Of a stretch of DNA of 64,000 nucleotides, positions 12,606 to 24,769 are shown one piece after another. Every line of letters begins with the position of its first letter. The first letter of the stretch is position 1. The notes beneath the pieces are model-generated. The model made no database searches. It was given only the letters and a program-made list of their open reading frames with translations, and was not told the origin of the DNA. The stretch covers positions 36,146,001-36,210,000 of the forward strand of contig OX597828.1 of assembly GCA_951406725.2 (NCBI GenBank). The letters run 5' to 3'. The DNA comes from Octopus vulgaris (lineage: Eukaryota). Position numbers and translations under genes: made by a program.

Positions 12606-12612
12606 ACACACA

Positions 12613-12648
<36 letters not shown>

Positions 12649-12658
12649 CACACACACA

Positions 12659-12877
12659 CAAGGCAGTGCTGAAAAGTTCCTGGTTTTAAGAGTATTATGA
12701 AAAGCTTGGTAGGAAGCCCAAACTTCCAAGTTCTTTTACAAGGCTTGGAAAAACTGAAGGACCGCTGCAATAAGCATGTGAATCCAAGAGGTGAATATTC
12801 TGTATAAAATCATAATTAACTGATCCGACCGTATTTTTTTTTTTACTCAAATCCAGGAACTTTTCAGCTCTCCCTTG
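12659..12877. mobile_element. mariner-type MITE
   Basis: TIRs caaggcagtgctgaaaagttcctgg / ccaggaacttttcagctctcccttg. Confidence 0.75.
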
Positions 12878-13443
12878 CACATAAATATATACATGCCTGG
12901 CTTTGCCAGTTACTATCAAGAAGCTGGTAAGGCCAGGGGCCTGACAAAAGATATAGTACCCAATGCATGTAGCAGGATTTATTCATTTGAAGCTTCATGA
13001 TTCTTCCATCGCTACTCAGAGTTCTGTGCCACATGCAAGCGCAATCTTCATGCATAACGGCATAAATACATCTAATTATGTAATGTGATAGTCTTGAGTG
13101 TAAAATAAAGTATTACACCCAAATTAGTAAAGAAAGAGGTCAAAGAGACTTAATTGTGAGGTCATGTTTAAAAATACTACCGTCTTTAATAGAGTTCCAT
13201 AATGATAATAACAGGAGAACCATTCCTTAGTAAATTAGTCATGACAGAAATGGAAGCAATTATCTCAGAAATGAATTCACAGTTCATTCCAGACACAATG
13301 AGACAGAGAAGTATGGATGGGTTTCTTTGTGTTTATACACACACACAAATACAGACATACATATACATACATACAGACACACACACACATATACATACAT
13401 ACATACAGACACACACACATATATACACATATATACATACAGA

Positions 13444-13663
13444 CGGCGAGCTGGCAGAACCGTTAGCACGCCGGGTGAAATGTGTAGCCGTTTTTCGTCT
13501 GTCGATATGTTCCGAGTTCAAATTCCGCCTGGGTCGACTTTGCCTTTCATCCTTTTAGGGGTCGATAAATTAAGTACCAGTTACGCACTGGGGTCGATGT
13601 AATCGACTTAATCCCTTTGTCTGTCCCCTCTGTGTTTAACCCCTTGTGGGTAGTAAAGAAATA
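13444..13663 (+). mobile_element. SINE family B (tail variant 2), full length
   Basis: A-box-like tggcagaaccgtt, B-box gagttcaaattcc, tail ccccttgtgggtagtaaagaaata. Confidence 0.85.
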
Positions 13664-14194
13664 TATATATACATACATACATACATACATATGTATATAC
13701 AGTCACACACGCATATTGACTTATATATGTGTGTGTATGTATATAAAGGTAGTGGGGCTCCAAAAGGGGTCTCAGGGAGTAGCGTCCCTGCCTTTCTGAG
13801 CTAGTTTTCCACCACATTTCTTAAAAATCGTGGTAGAGGCCTTGGTCTTGAGACCACTCATGTCTAGAAACTGAGGTTGGGAGTAAGCAAGAGCATGCTC
13901 CCCATAGAAAATCCAGCTCCAAAAAAGCCTCATGATAGCAACGGAGAATTGGCACCAACCAGCGTAAAGGATGGTGTGGGTTGCACCTACCTACCTCAGT
14001 TGCTGGCATGCTAACAATTCTGCCAGCTCGCCACTTTATAATGATATTCTTTCTATTATAGGCACAAGGCCTGAAATTTTGGGGAAGGTGGGGGCCAGTT
14101 GATTAGATTGACCCCAGTATGTAACTGGTACTTCATTTATTGATCCCAAAAGGATGAAAGTCAAACTCGGCAGAATTTAAGCTCAGAGCCAGCC

Positions 14195-14382
14195 TACCCT
14201 GGCACGTAAAAAGCACCCACTACACTCACGAGTGGTTGGCGTTAAGAAGGGCATCCAGCTGTAGAAACACTGCCAGATCAGACTGGAGCCTGGTGCAGCC
14301 TCCTGGCTTCCCAGACCCCGGTCGAACCATCCAACCCGTGCTAGCACGGAAAACGGACGTTAAACAATGATGATGATGATGA
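14195..14382 (+). mobile_element. RTE-like LINE 3' end (family C)
   Basis: gagtggttggcgttaagaagggcatccagctg...ggacgttaaacaa(tga)n. Confidence 0.8.
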
Positions 14383-14629
14383 ACATAGCAAAGATTGGTA
14401 ATAATGACAATGTTTAGTTGTAGGTCAGCCATGATCCAGTAAACAACTTAGTGGTTTGGAAAATAGAGTATGACAGAATAAGTACCAGATTTAGAGTACT
14501 GAACTGATTTGGTCAACTAAACCTTCCAAGAATTTGGCTGTGGCGCCATCATAGTCACAATCCAATGAACTGAAACAAGGAAAACGATAAAAATGCATGC
14601 GCAGGTATTTGTAAAACTTTACTGATATA

Positions 14630-14842
14630 CAGGGTGGCCCAAAAGTAGGTTTACAGTTATTAAACTATCTCTTTCACATTCATATATTAACAGTTCAGAT
14701 CTTAATTATAAAACAATATGAAACCATTATTCTATGCTAATTTAGTTAATTTTAACTTAGAAATTTAAATGTAATAAAACGATTTAAAAGAAATTGAAAG
14801 TGCCTACGTGATAATTATAAACCTACTTTTGGGCCAACATTC
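14630..14842. mobile_element. Tc1/mariner MITE, deletion derivative of the DD41D element at 34746
   Basis: ta|cagggtggcccaaaagtaggttta ... taaacctacttttgggccaac; both ends shared with 34746-35296. Confidence 0.85.
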
Positions 14843-15249
14843 TATTAACACATACTCATTAAGTAGGATATAAAGATTGGTGTTCAGTATAAATACTGCT
14901 CCAGTTGGTAATAATTATTTTTTTAAATAAACCTACAGGCTATTTGCAACATCAGTGACTGAATAGTCACTGTTATTCTATACACCATTGGTAGTGAGAT
15001 CTGGCTAGGAAGCTGCAAGCATATGCCTGCAACTGAGGAAGCGCATGTATGTTGAAATCACAGGATCTAGCACACATACTGGATGATTCTCATCTGCTAG
15101 TGATGTTATGTCAGTGCTCTTAACACAGTACATCTATATGCGGGGGTCTCTCAAAATGGATACCACAGCAATGCAGCACTAATAATATATCCACATTGAG
15201 TGGGATACAAAAATTGCCATTCAGTATTAATACTTGTGCTACTGTGGCT

Positions 15250-15607
15250 AGGCACAGACGTAGCTGTGTTGTTAGAAGCTTGTTTCCCAACCACATGGTT
15301 TCAGGTTCAGTCTCACTGCATGGTACCATGGGGCAGAAGTCGTCTGCTGCAGGCATGGGCCAACCAAAGCCTTGTAATTGGATTTAGTAGACAGAAACTG
15401 AAAGAAGCCCATCGATTATGCACGTGTGTGTTGGCGTGTTTATATCCCTCTAAGTTAGCAGTTCAGCAAAAGACACCAATATAATATGTACCAGCTTAAA
15501 AAGAAAGAAAAAAAAAAAGGAGTAATATGGTTCATTCTTTAAACCAAAATTCTTCAAGTCAGAGCTCCAGCATGGCCACAGCCTGATGACTGAAACAAGT
15601 AAAAGAA
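15250..15607 (+). mobile_element. SINE A (diverged)
   Basis: Head, core and tail gactgaaacaagtaaaaga all recognisable. Confidence 0.75.
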
Positions 15608-15825
15608 TATACACATACACACATGCAGAATGAGTCAGAAAATCTCTTTAGCATTTAAATGATATATAAAATCTTTTTCTTTTGTTTTTGTTTTGTTAGA
15701 ATGTTTTTTATATATTTTTAGAATATTTGGTATTTTGTTTTGAATATCTTTTGATGTTTATATATAGTTTTGTATATTTTAGAGAAACACTTTTATCAAA
15801 ACATGCATCACTGTCCTAAAAATGG

Positions 15826-15863
<38 letters not shown>

Positions 15864-16229
15864 TATGTGTGTATCTATTTTTTCGCTATGCCTGTCGCTC
15901 GGAATCAATGGTTACTTGGTAGCATGTAGCATGATTTCACTAACTGCTTTAGGTCTCCCTGTGTAGCCATGAGCAGGCACAAACACACTCTTGACACACT
16001 TCCGCACCCGTTCACCTTTACTCAGTCGGAACATCCGGGATATAACAGATGGAAGAGGAGAAGGAATCTCCAACTCCATCCCTTACTCAGCTGGTACCCT
16101 TTCCCCGTTGTGTAGAATGGAGCAATGCAAAATGTTATTTTCCTTCTTCAAAAACACATTGCTCCAAACCTGCAAGTCCAAGAATGAATATATATGCTGG
16201 AAGTGACTTAAATCGTCCTTTATATAGAA

Positions 16230-16707
16230 CAGGGGTTCTCAACCATTTTTAACCAATGGACCCCTTTGATTGTTATTTCATTCTGGTGGACCCCCATTGT
16301 TATTCGATTTTTAAAAACTAGTTTTATAGATACTTCTTTCAAAATGCCTATTTTGTTTTTCACACATTCACTTGTGTAGGTTGAATTATGTAAAGTGTCA
16401 GAGAAAGAAACCCAGCTGTTTCTTGCAATACATATATATCTAAAACAAAACTTTTTTTCAGGGGCTCTTAAAATACTCTTGTGGATTCCCAATTAACTAT
16501 TTTGCTGAGTGGACCCCCGAAAATCTTATATAAACCATCAAAGAAACCCAGCTGTTTCTTGCAATACATATATCTAAAACAAAACTTTTTTTCAGGGGCC
16601 CTTAAAATACTCTTGTGGATTCCCAATTAACTATTTTGCTGAGTGGACCCCCCGAAAATCTTATATAAACCATCAAGGGCTGTATGGATCAAGGTTGAGA
16701 ATCCCTG
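16230..16707. mobile_element. hAT (Charlie-like) MITE with an internal tandem duplication of about 137 bp
   Basis: TIRs caggggttctcaacc / ggttgagaatccctg; 8-bp TSD atatagaa/atatagag; duplication about 16404-16540 and 16541-16676. Confidence 0.9.
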
Positions 16708-16710
16708 ATA

Positions 16711-16982
16711 TAGAGGAACTTTGGTTTACGAATGCTTCTCATCATGAGCAAATCAGTTTACAAACCATTTTTCAAATGCAGAACATCTCAGGTATTTCAA
16801 GTAATGAACACGAATTACTCCGATGATTGGTGATGAGCTGGGAGTATCAGCAAGAGAGTGTCAGTCGCTGTTTAGCTTTTACTCAGTGCACATCCCAGCT
16901 CGAAATCACCATCAGGTGGAAAACAGTTTCTGTTTGAGAACATTTTGGGTGATACATAGCCTTCAGGAAGAAGTTCCACTGT
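16711..16982. mobile_element. Tigger/pogo-like MITE (degenerate)
   Basis: ta|tagaggaactt ... aagttccactg|ta, 9/11 inverted match with TA flanks. Confidence 0.5.
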
Positions 16983-16984
16983 AT

Positions 16985-17355
16985 GTATGTGGCTGTGTGG
17001 TAAGTAGCTTGCTTACGAACCGCTTGGTTCCGGGTTCAGTCCCACTGCATGGCACCTTGGGCAAGTGTCTTCTACTATAGCCTCGATCTGATCAAAGCCT
17101 TGTGAGTGGATTTGGTAGACAGAAACTGAAAGAAGCCCAACATATATATGTATATATATGTGTGTGTGTGTGTTTGTGTTTGTGCCCCCAACATCGCTTG
17201 ACAACCGATGCTGGTGTGTTTAGCGGTGTGGCAAGAGAGACCGATAGAATAAGTACTAGGCTTACGAAGAATAAGTTCCGAGGTCAATTTTCTCGACTAA
17301 AGGCAGTGCTCCAGCATGGCCACAGTCAAATGACTGAAACAAGTAAAAGAGAGAG
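16985..17355 (+). mobile_element. SINE A, full length
   Basis: Complete head, ggcaccttgggcaagtgtctt core, microsatellite and tail. Confidence 0.9.
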
Positions 17356-17379
17356 TAAAGATATATATATGTATATATA

Positions 17380-17915
17380 TATGATGGGCTTCTTTCAGTT
17401 TCCATCTACCAAATCCCCTCACAAGGCTTTGGTCGGCCCGTGGCTATAGTAGAAGACACTTGCCCAAAGTGCCATGCAGTGGGATTGAACCCGGAACTAT
17501 GTGGCTGGTAAGCAAACTACTTACTACACAGCCATATTCTTTTACTTGTTTCAGTTGTTTGACTGTAGCCATACTGGGGCACCACTTTGAAGGGTCTTAG
17601 TTGAACAAATCAAACCCAGGACTTCTTCTTTTTTAAAGCTTAGTACTTACTGTACTGGTCTCTTTTGCTGAACTGCTAAGTTACGGGGATGTAAACACAT
17701 CATCACTGGTTGACAAGTGGTGGTAGAAGTTGAATAAAGACACAGTGATACACTCATAGATAGATACATACATACACACACACACACACACATATATGAC
17801 AGGCTTCTTTCATCAAATCCACTCACAAGGCATTTGTCGGCCCGAAGCTGTAGTAGGACTGAACCTAGAACCATGCAATTGGGAAGCAGGCTTCTTACCA
17901 CACAGCCATGCCCAC
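17380..17915 (-). mobile_element. SINE A head half (17380-17535) plus a second SINE A copy (17537-17915)
   Basis: Two minus-strand matches to the family consensus. Confidence 0.8.
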
Positions 17916-17926
17916 GCTTATGCATA

Positions 17927-17957
<31 letters not shown>

Positions 17958-18141
17958 GTATGTATGTATATACACACACACATGTACAGACACATACACA
18001 CATATATGCACATACATACATACATATATACATACATACACACACACACAGAGTAAAACGGACGTTTAAGTCACCCTCTAGATGTACATTCGCACACATA
18101 CACAGAAACAACTTCTCTGACTTGAAGGAAGAAGCAGCTTT

Positions 18142-18176
<35 letters not shown>

Positions 18177-18674
18177 AACACACACACACGCTCCTTGTGA
18201 TATCTTCTTCTATGAGTCATCCCTCTCAATAAGCATTTACAATGGCTGTAATGTGTGTGTGCATATGTGTGTACATGTGTGTGTGTGTGTCTGTGAATGT
18301 GTAGCCTTAAAGAAACAGTGACTGCTTCTATCTACTTAGTTATCGATTCTCCTTACACAACACACACATACACACACACACACTCGCATGCAAACTAACA
18401 CACACACACACACACTCATGCATATATATGACATGTATGCTTCTCAAGCAGCAACAAACACCCCCTCCTATGCCAACACCAACACCAACACCATCATCAT
18501 CATCATCATCAACATCATCATAGTCAACAAGACCAATTTTACTGATGTTGCAACAGCAAATGGTAACAGCATCATCCATTGGCAGCAGAAATAGGCTGGA
18601 AAACTTTGCAGCTGTCTGTTTGGTGCTTGTTGCATGGAATTAAGAATGGCACTACATTATTTCTTATTGTTGTG

Positions 18675-18713
<39 letters not shown>

Positions 18714-19189
18714 AAGAAACGACAATGAACGGAAGAACAACAGCAGCAACAAAAACAACATTTGAGTATAGGTAAGATGACAAGAAAAAGTGGGAATAAG
18801 AAAGAAGATGGTGGGGGGAGGGAGAGGTAGGGAAAGGAAAGAAAAGGAAAGGAAAAAAGACGGCAAAGAAAAAGAAAGAGAAAAGCGAAGGGAAAACAAA
18901 GAAAGAAAGAGAAGAGATAAAGAAAGGCAAGAACGAATAAATGAAAGGAAAAAAAAGAAAAGAATAAGGAAAAAGAAAGAAGCCTGAAGTAACAACCGTA
19001 ACAACAACAACAACAACTGAAAAAGATGGGAGAGAGGGAGAAAGCAACAACAACAACAATAACAACAACAATGACAACAACAATGACAACAGCTGCAATA
19101 AAATGCAACATGACAAGATAATTGAAGAACTGCAATGAACAACAAATACAACAACAAATGAATTGTTGATGACAACAGAAACAATGACA

Positions 19190-19660
19190 GGTGCAGGCAT
19201 GGCTGTGGAGGTGAGAAGTTTGCTTCCCAATCACAAGGTTCCGGGTTCGGTCCCACTGTGTGGCACCTGGGGCAAGTGTCTTCTCCTATAGCCTCGGGCC
19301 GACCAAAGCCTTTGTGAGTGGATTTGGCACAGGGAAACTGAAAGAAGCCCATTATGCGCATGTCGTTATCATCAGCATTTAATGTCCGTCTTTCATGCCG
19401 TCCGATATGCATGTGTGTGTCTCCTTGTCCCCCTCCACCCACAACCACCACCACTTGTCAACCAATGTCGGTGTGTTTATACCCCTGTAACTTAGCAGTT
19501 CAGCAAAAAAAGACCAATGGAATAAGTACCAAAATACCAAAGAAAAAAAAAAGAAAGAAGTACTGGGGGGGGGGGTCAATGCATTTGACAAAGCTTTCAA
19601 GTTATTAGATTGTACTCCAGCATGGCCACAGTCTATTGACTGAATCAATTAAAAGATAAG
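19190..19660 (+). mobile_element. SINE A
   Basis: gcaggcatggctgtgg...ggttcggtcccactgtgtggcacctggggcaagtgtctt...cagcatggccacagtc. Confidence 0.8.
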
Positions 19661-19749
19661 ATATAATAGCAGCAGCAGAAGCAACAACAACAACATCATT
19701 ATCAACAGTAACAATCACTGTATCTCTCAGAAACAAACAAGAAACATTA

Positions 19750-20327
19750 TTGCTTGACCAGCTAGAAACAGCAAGTAAATTTACCAGGTCATATCTTAAT
19801 GTTTAAAACAAAGAAGGACACATCAAGTTCCTGATACAGTACAACTGTGTTGAGATGGTCATAGCTGAATTGGTGTGACTATAAAGGCTGGCCTCTGAGG
19901 TTAAACAACATAGATAGTATAGGTAGTCATTCAAACTGCTAGAAATAGCAACCAAATCTAACTCAAATCACATTCTAGCATTTTCAATGAAGAAGAACAC
20001 ATCGAATGATGTCATCCTTGATAAAATAAATTTGAGAGTAAGGCAACTGCAATTCCTTTTATTCATGTCTGTTTGAATAGGAATGACATCTATTTCTAGC
20101 AGACAAATCAACCACACAGAGTGAACAACAGAGCTTTTACTTGGTCGCCTGGCCTACTTGAAAGAGCAGTGAAATCTCCCTAAAATCACATTCTAACATC
20201 ATTGAAAATGATGGATGATATGGGCCTGGATTTCCTGATCATAGTAAAACAGACAGGATGATAGTGGCTGGAGTGTCTTTGACCATAAGTCTGCTCGGCT
20301 AAGGTTGACACGGGGCTAAAGAATAAC
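19750..20327 (+). repeat. Three head-to-tail diverged copies of retroposon-like module F (170-190 bp)
   Basis: Each reads ..gctagaaa.agca...aaatct..c..aaatcaca...ggatg.t..t.gctg... toward an (AAC)n-like end; dispersed copies near 28620-28815, 31495, 33435-33612, 41440-41700, 47220-47670 and 62380. Confidence 0.65.
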
Positions 20328-20411
20328 AGCCACAATGTAAAGGCCTCCAACCCCACCCTCAATGGATCATGGTTACATATATAGGATTCAGTAAAATATC
20401 ATACCTAAATG

Positions 20412-20775
20412 TGCAGCCATGGCTGTGTTGTTAAGGAACTTGCTTTGCAACCACACGGTTTTGGGTTCAGTCCCACCGAGTGGCACCTTGTAAAGTGTCT
20501 TCTACCACAGCCATGAGCCAACCAATGCCTTGTGAGGAAACTGTGGAAACTCGTCATATATACCACTGAGTGTCTACATGTATGCGTGTGTATCATTGTT
20601 CTTGGCACCCCTTTCACTTGGCACCCAGTGTTGGTTTGTTTACATCCCTATAACTTAGCAGTTCAACAAAGGGCCTGACACAATAAGTACTGGAGTTGAT
20701 TTGTTTAGCTAAACCCATTGAGTCAATGCCCCAGCATGGCCACAATCCAATGACTGAATTATGTAAAAGATAAAG
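20412..20775 (+). mobile_element. SINE A (diverged)
   Basis: Head ggttcagtccca and tail ccagcatggccacaatccaatgactga. Confidence 0.75.
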
Positions 20776-21086
20776 ATATTTTTCTCAGAATACATTTGCA
20801 AATTGTCTTTTCATGTTGATTATTCAAGAGAAGGGCAGGAGCCACAATGTTTCCCCATAAGCCAAGTGTTTGTACACACACACATTGTACTACAAGTACA
20901 CAAAGGACAAAAATGTGTTTACACAAAGTCTTCAGAATGGAATCAAACTTCTTTTAATTGAAGAAATTGCAGAATTTTATGAGAAAATCTTAAATGGCAC
21001 ACGCTTAACATTTATGGGCCTTTGCTTAGGTGGTTAATATGATGATGGAGCAATGGTTATACATGCTTGTCCATCAGAGCAGCCAG

Positions 21087-21482
21087 CAGGGCCGCCGCTA
21101 AGCCTCTGCAACCCCTGTGGTCGCAGGGGAGCCTATGCGGTTGAGGGGCCCCATGTGAAGATCAAAGTATGTAGATGAGTCAGCTATTTACTTTGGTTAA
21201 GATGTAGAACAAGAAATAAACTATCAATGTTAACGCAAAATTTCAAGAAATAAAATGGCAATACATTGTACCGGGAAAAGTTCTTGTAAAAATATTGCAT
21301 TGTACCATGAATGTCCCTACCTAAATGTTCTTTAGGATAACGTGAAATATTGAACTTCAGATAGAATAAAGTAAAATATAGCTATGAATAAACAGTGCGT
21401 AGATTATGAATTTTGATTAAAGGGATGGGGTCTCCGAAACAAAAAGTTGCAGGGACCCTCTAAAAGTCACATGACGGGGCTG
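21087..21482. mobile_element. Probable hAT MITE (cagggccgcc type), old
   Basis: cagggccgccg ... tgacggggctg; flanks gcagccag / gcaacaag (6/8 match). Confidence 0.5.
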
Positions 21483-21510
21483 GCAACAAGGATAATCTAG
21501 TTACCCTTAG

Positions 21511-21973
21511 CCCTCAGAACCCCAACAACCACTATTCTGGCCACTAGCCATAGATACAAATACCCCAGTGGCCAGTTTACTGACTGCCATGTTGCGCTGT
21601 TTACAAATACCCTAGCAGCCGCTATTCCGGCCGCCAGTCACAGATACAAATACAAATTCTGGCTGCCAGCCGCAAATACGATGACCCCAGTCGCCGCTTT
21701 ACCAGCCAGTATTTTCTGCATTGGAAAACCAGACAGTAACTGCTGGCACCACAAGCGCCAGTATTGGCGATAAAACAAAAAAAGAAAGAAAAAAAACAAG
21801 TGGTAAGGACAATGTTGCCCTCTATTTGGCATTTTATTTCAATATGAGAGAAAGAAAACACATTTTAGTGACACTGAAGCAATATTAGGTGGGAAATAAT
21901 TTTTTTTGGCTCTTTTACCCAGGGAACTTGGGGTGAGGGTGCTCAGGACAACAAATATCTGGGGTTCAAAGGG
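21511..21973. mobile_element. piggyBac-like non-autonomous element
   Basis: ttag|ccctcagaacccca ... tggggttcaaaggg|ttaa (12/14 TIR match). Confidence 0.65.
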
Positions 21974-21997
21974 TTAAGGTTGATTGGTGACTTGTGT

Positions 21998-22216
21998 CAG
22001 TGCTTTTCAAACTTTTTGCTGGAGCGGAATCCCAAGGAAACATTCCACTGGCTCGAGGAACCCCTGTGCAATAATTTAATAGTCTTATGCACACATATCT
22101 GCACAGGAGACTTTAAAATTACTGCCGATTTTAGCAGTTTTGTAACTTCTTGCGGAACCCCTGCACTGTACTGGCGGAACCCTAACGTTCCGCGGAACCC
22201 TGGTTGAAAACCACTG
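21998..22216. mobile_element. hAT (Charlie-like) MITE
   Basis: TIRs cagtgcttttcaa / ttgaaaaccactg; perfect 8-bp TSD acttgtgt at 21990-21997 and 22217-22224. Confidence 0.95.
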
Positions 22217-22545
22217 ACTTGTGTAGTGACTTTGTAGAAAGTGAAGAAGAGTTGCACATTGTGAACTTCAGTTTCTTGTCTGTGACTTTCTTCAATTCAG
22301 AGACAAAAACCAGGTGAAGATGACTGCATGTGGAGACAGATGCAGTGGATGACCAAGGTGTCATACTTGCCTCATCCTGCTCTCTGCACTTCACAACACA
22401 TTGCTATAGTCGCCTTCCCCTCCATTGAACCATGAGTTTGTCAGATCCAACCTTGGCATGCACGGGTTTTTGAGGAGATGGAACCCCACCACCACCACCC
22501 TCAGCCACATATCTTGACATTACACAATTGTTGTCAATGAATGTT

Positions 22546-22925
22546 TACTCTTACTTGTTTCAGTCATTTGACTGCGGCCATGCTGGAGCACCGCCTTTAG
22601 TCGAGCAAATTGATCCCAGGACTTATTCTTTGTAAACCTAGCACTTATTTTGTCGGTCACTTTTTGCCAAACTGCTAAGTTAGGTGGATGTAAACACACC
22701 AAAATTGGTTGTCAAGTGATGCGGGTGGGACAAACACAGACACAAACATATACATACATATATATATATTTATATATATGGCAGTCTTCTTTCAGTTTTT
22801 GTCTACCAAATCCACCCACAAGGCTTTGGTTGGCTTGAGGCTATAGTAGAAGACACTTGCCAAAGGTGTCATGCAGTGGGAACCATGAGGTTGGTAAGCA
22901 AGCTACTTACCACACAGCCACTCCT
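22546..22925 (-). mobile_element. SINE A
   Basis: Full tail-to-head match to the family. Confidence 0.85.
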
Positions 22926-23761
22926 ATCATCCATTTCCAATATTCTGTGAGAATGTGTCTGGCTGTGAGGAAATAATACATTGCTTTGGAAACAAGAGAG
23001 GCATTTGGTTACAGAAAATCAGCATCAATGAGCTTCATCCCCACCACCCCGAGCAAGCATGGAAAAGTGAACATTATAACAATGATGATGACAATGTTGA
23101 TGATTGCATTTTGATAACAAAAGCATTGTTAATTATCCATTTAATTTTAGGATGTTGTAGAATCCTTAACTCTTTTCTAACACTGGTAATAATGGTAGGT
23201 TCTTAATTCTTAAAGGATTCATAGGAGCACTATTATGACACAGCGCATGTCTTGAGAGTTCTAAAACTGGTGCAGCCTGTCCTTCTCCAGGAGAGAACAC
23301 AGCTGATTTCTTCAAGAAATAGGAAGAGGAGGATCTATCCCAGTCTCAGACTGAAAATTATTGACCCTGAAATGATGAAATCATTTGAACTAAAAGTGCA
23401 GAGAGCAAGAATGGATACTACAAGTAATTCTGATTCTCTAACAACTCTGCCAAAATGCCATTTTATGAAAATGCTTGGGCCTTCAATTCCAGATGAAATC
23501 ATAGGAACATCATTGTAAGCCATGTCTCAGGAAACTTTTTTGAACCTGACAAAACTCATCCTTCTTCAGATCTGACCATGGATAATTTCTTCCAGAGAAA
23601 AGGAGAGCAAAAATTAGCCTCAGTATTGCACTTGAACCATATTAACACCAAAAGCATGAAAGCAAAGACAGCATCAACAGGTTTCACATGGCTTCATTCA
23701 TATCCATATGAGCACTTTCGATTTCTCAATCACTGATGTATGAAGTTTTAGCACAAGCAGG

Positions 23762-24040
23762 TAACATCAATTTATTAACATGAAATGTCAATTTAACAGA
23801 TAATGCCATTTTATCAACAAAAAATGTCAATTTATTAACAGGAAATGTCAATTTATTAACAGGAAATAATTTATTAACAGGAAATAATTTATTAACATGC
23901 AGCATCAATCTATTAACAGTTAGAGTCAATTTATCATTAGATTAGTAATGTCAAATTAACAAGAAATGTCATTTTATTAACACGAAGTGTCAATTACTAA
24001 AATGCAAAGTCAATTTATTAACAAGTGTCAATTTATAATG
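23762..24040. repeat. Minisatellite of about 21 bp (gtcaatttattaacaggaaat)n
   Basis: About 12 degenerate units. Confidence 0.85.
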
Positions 24041-24769
24041 GACAAATAAAACTTCACAGGCAAACTTTCTGAGACTTTCTTAGAAATTACTATACACATT
24101 TCTTTTATCTGTGTTTTGTTTGATCTTGTATTTAAGTATAAGTACGTATGACGTTTATATATAGCTGTATGTATCATATACAATATCAACATAAACAAGT
24201 TGCTCTTTATATATGTATATGCATGTGAATACACAATACAAAAATAATTTACATTTGCACAAAGCATTTACAGCTACATAAACATGCATTCATAGTCACA
24301 TAGACATTCGTACATACAGAGAAGCTAATTTATATTCATATGACAGCACAAGTCTCACACACATACACACACACATGTATACATTATACATAAAATGTGT
24401 GCGCATGTACTAACATACATACATTGAAATACAAAAGTGTGTTTCTGCACGTGAACACATTGCACTCACACTAATCATATTATGTTGAAGTAGTAACACC
24501 CCGCCATTTACCATTCTAACCTCTTCTATCACTACCTCCACCACTCATCCATTATCATCAAAAACTAGAACAGGTGTGATATTGTTTACTACATATAGTG
24601 CAATGTCTACACTGTATTGCCCTGTCTTCTGATATCACACGCAATTATTATTGTTATTGCCGATAAAAAGTGGTTTTCTTTGGGCGGTCATAACAGTGAT
24701 GGTTTGAATGCTGGTAGGGGAGATATTTGTGGTTTGATATAAGGTTTGTACGGGGTGGGTGGGTTGATA

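Noticed and set aside
12900-12940. ASYYQEAG followed by gtaag resembles RecQ helicase motif VI (YYQExGRAGR)
   Set aside because: Only about 6 residues match, the upstream sequence is a MITE end, and no other helicase motifs are visible; likely chance
18572-19454. Long overlapping minus-strand ORFs (188-265 aa), hydrophobic
   Set aside because: Stop-poor (CTT)/(GTT)/(CT) low-complexity sequence plus a SINE; open in all three frames
23762-24040. Regularly spaced repeats as a possible CRISPR array
   Set aside because: No unique spacers, degenerate units, eukaryotic context and no cas genes
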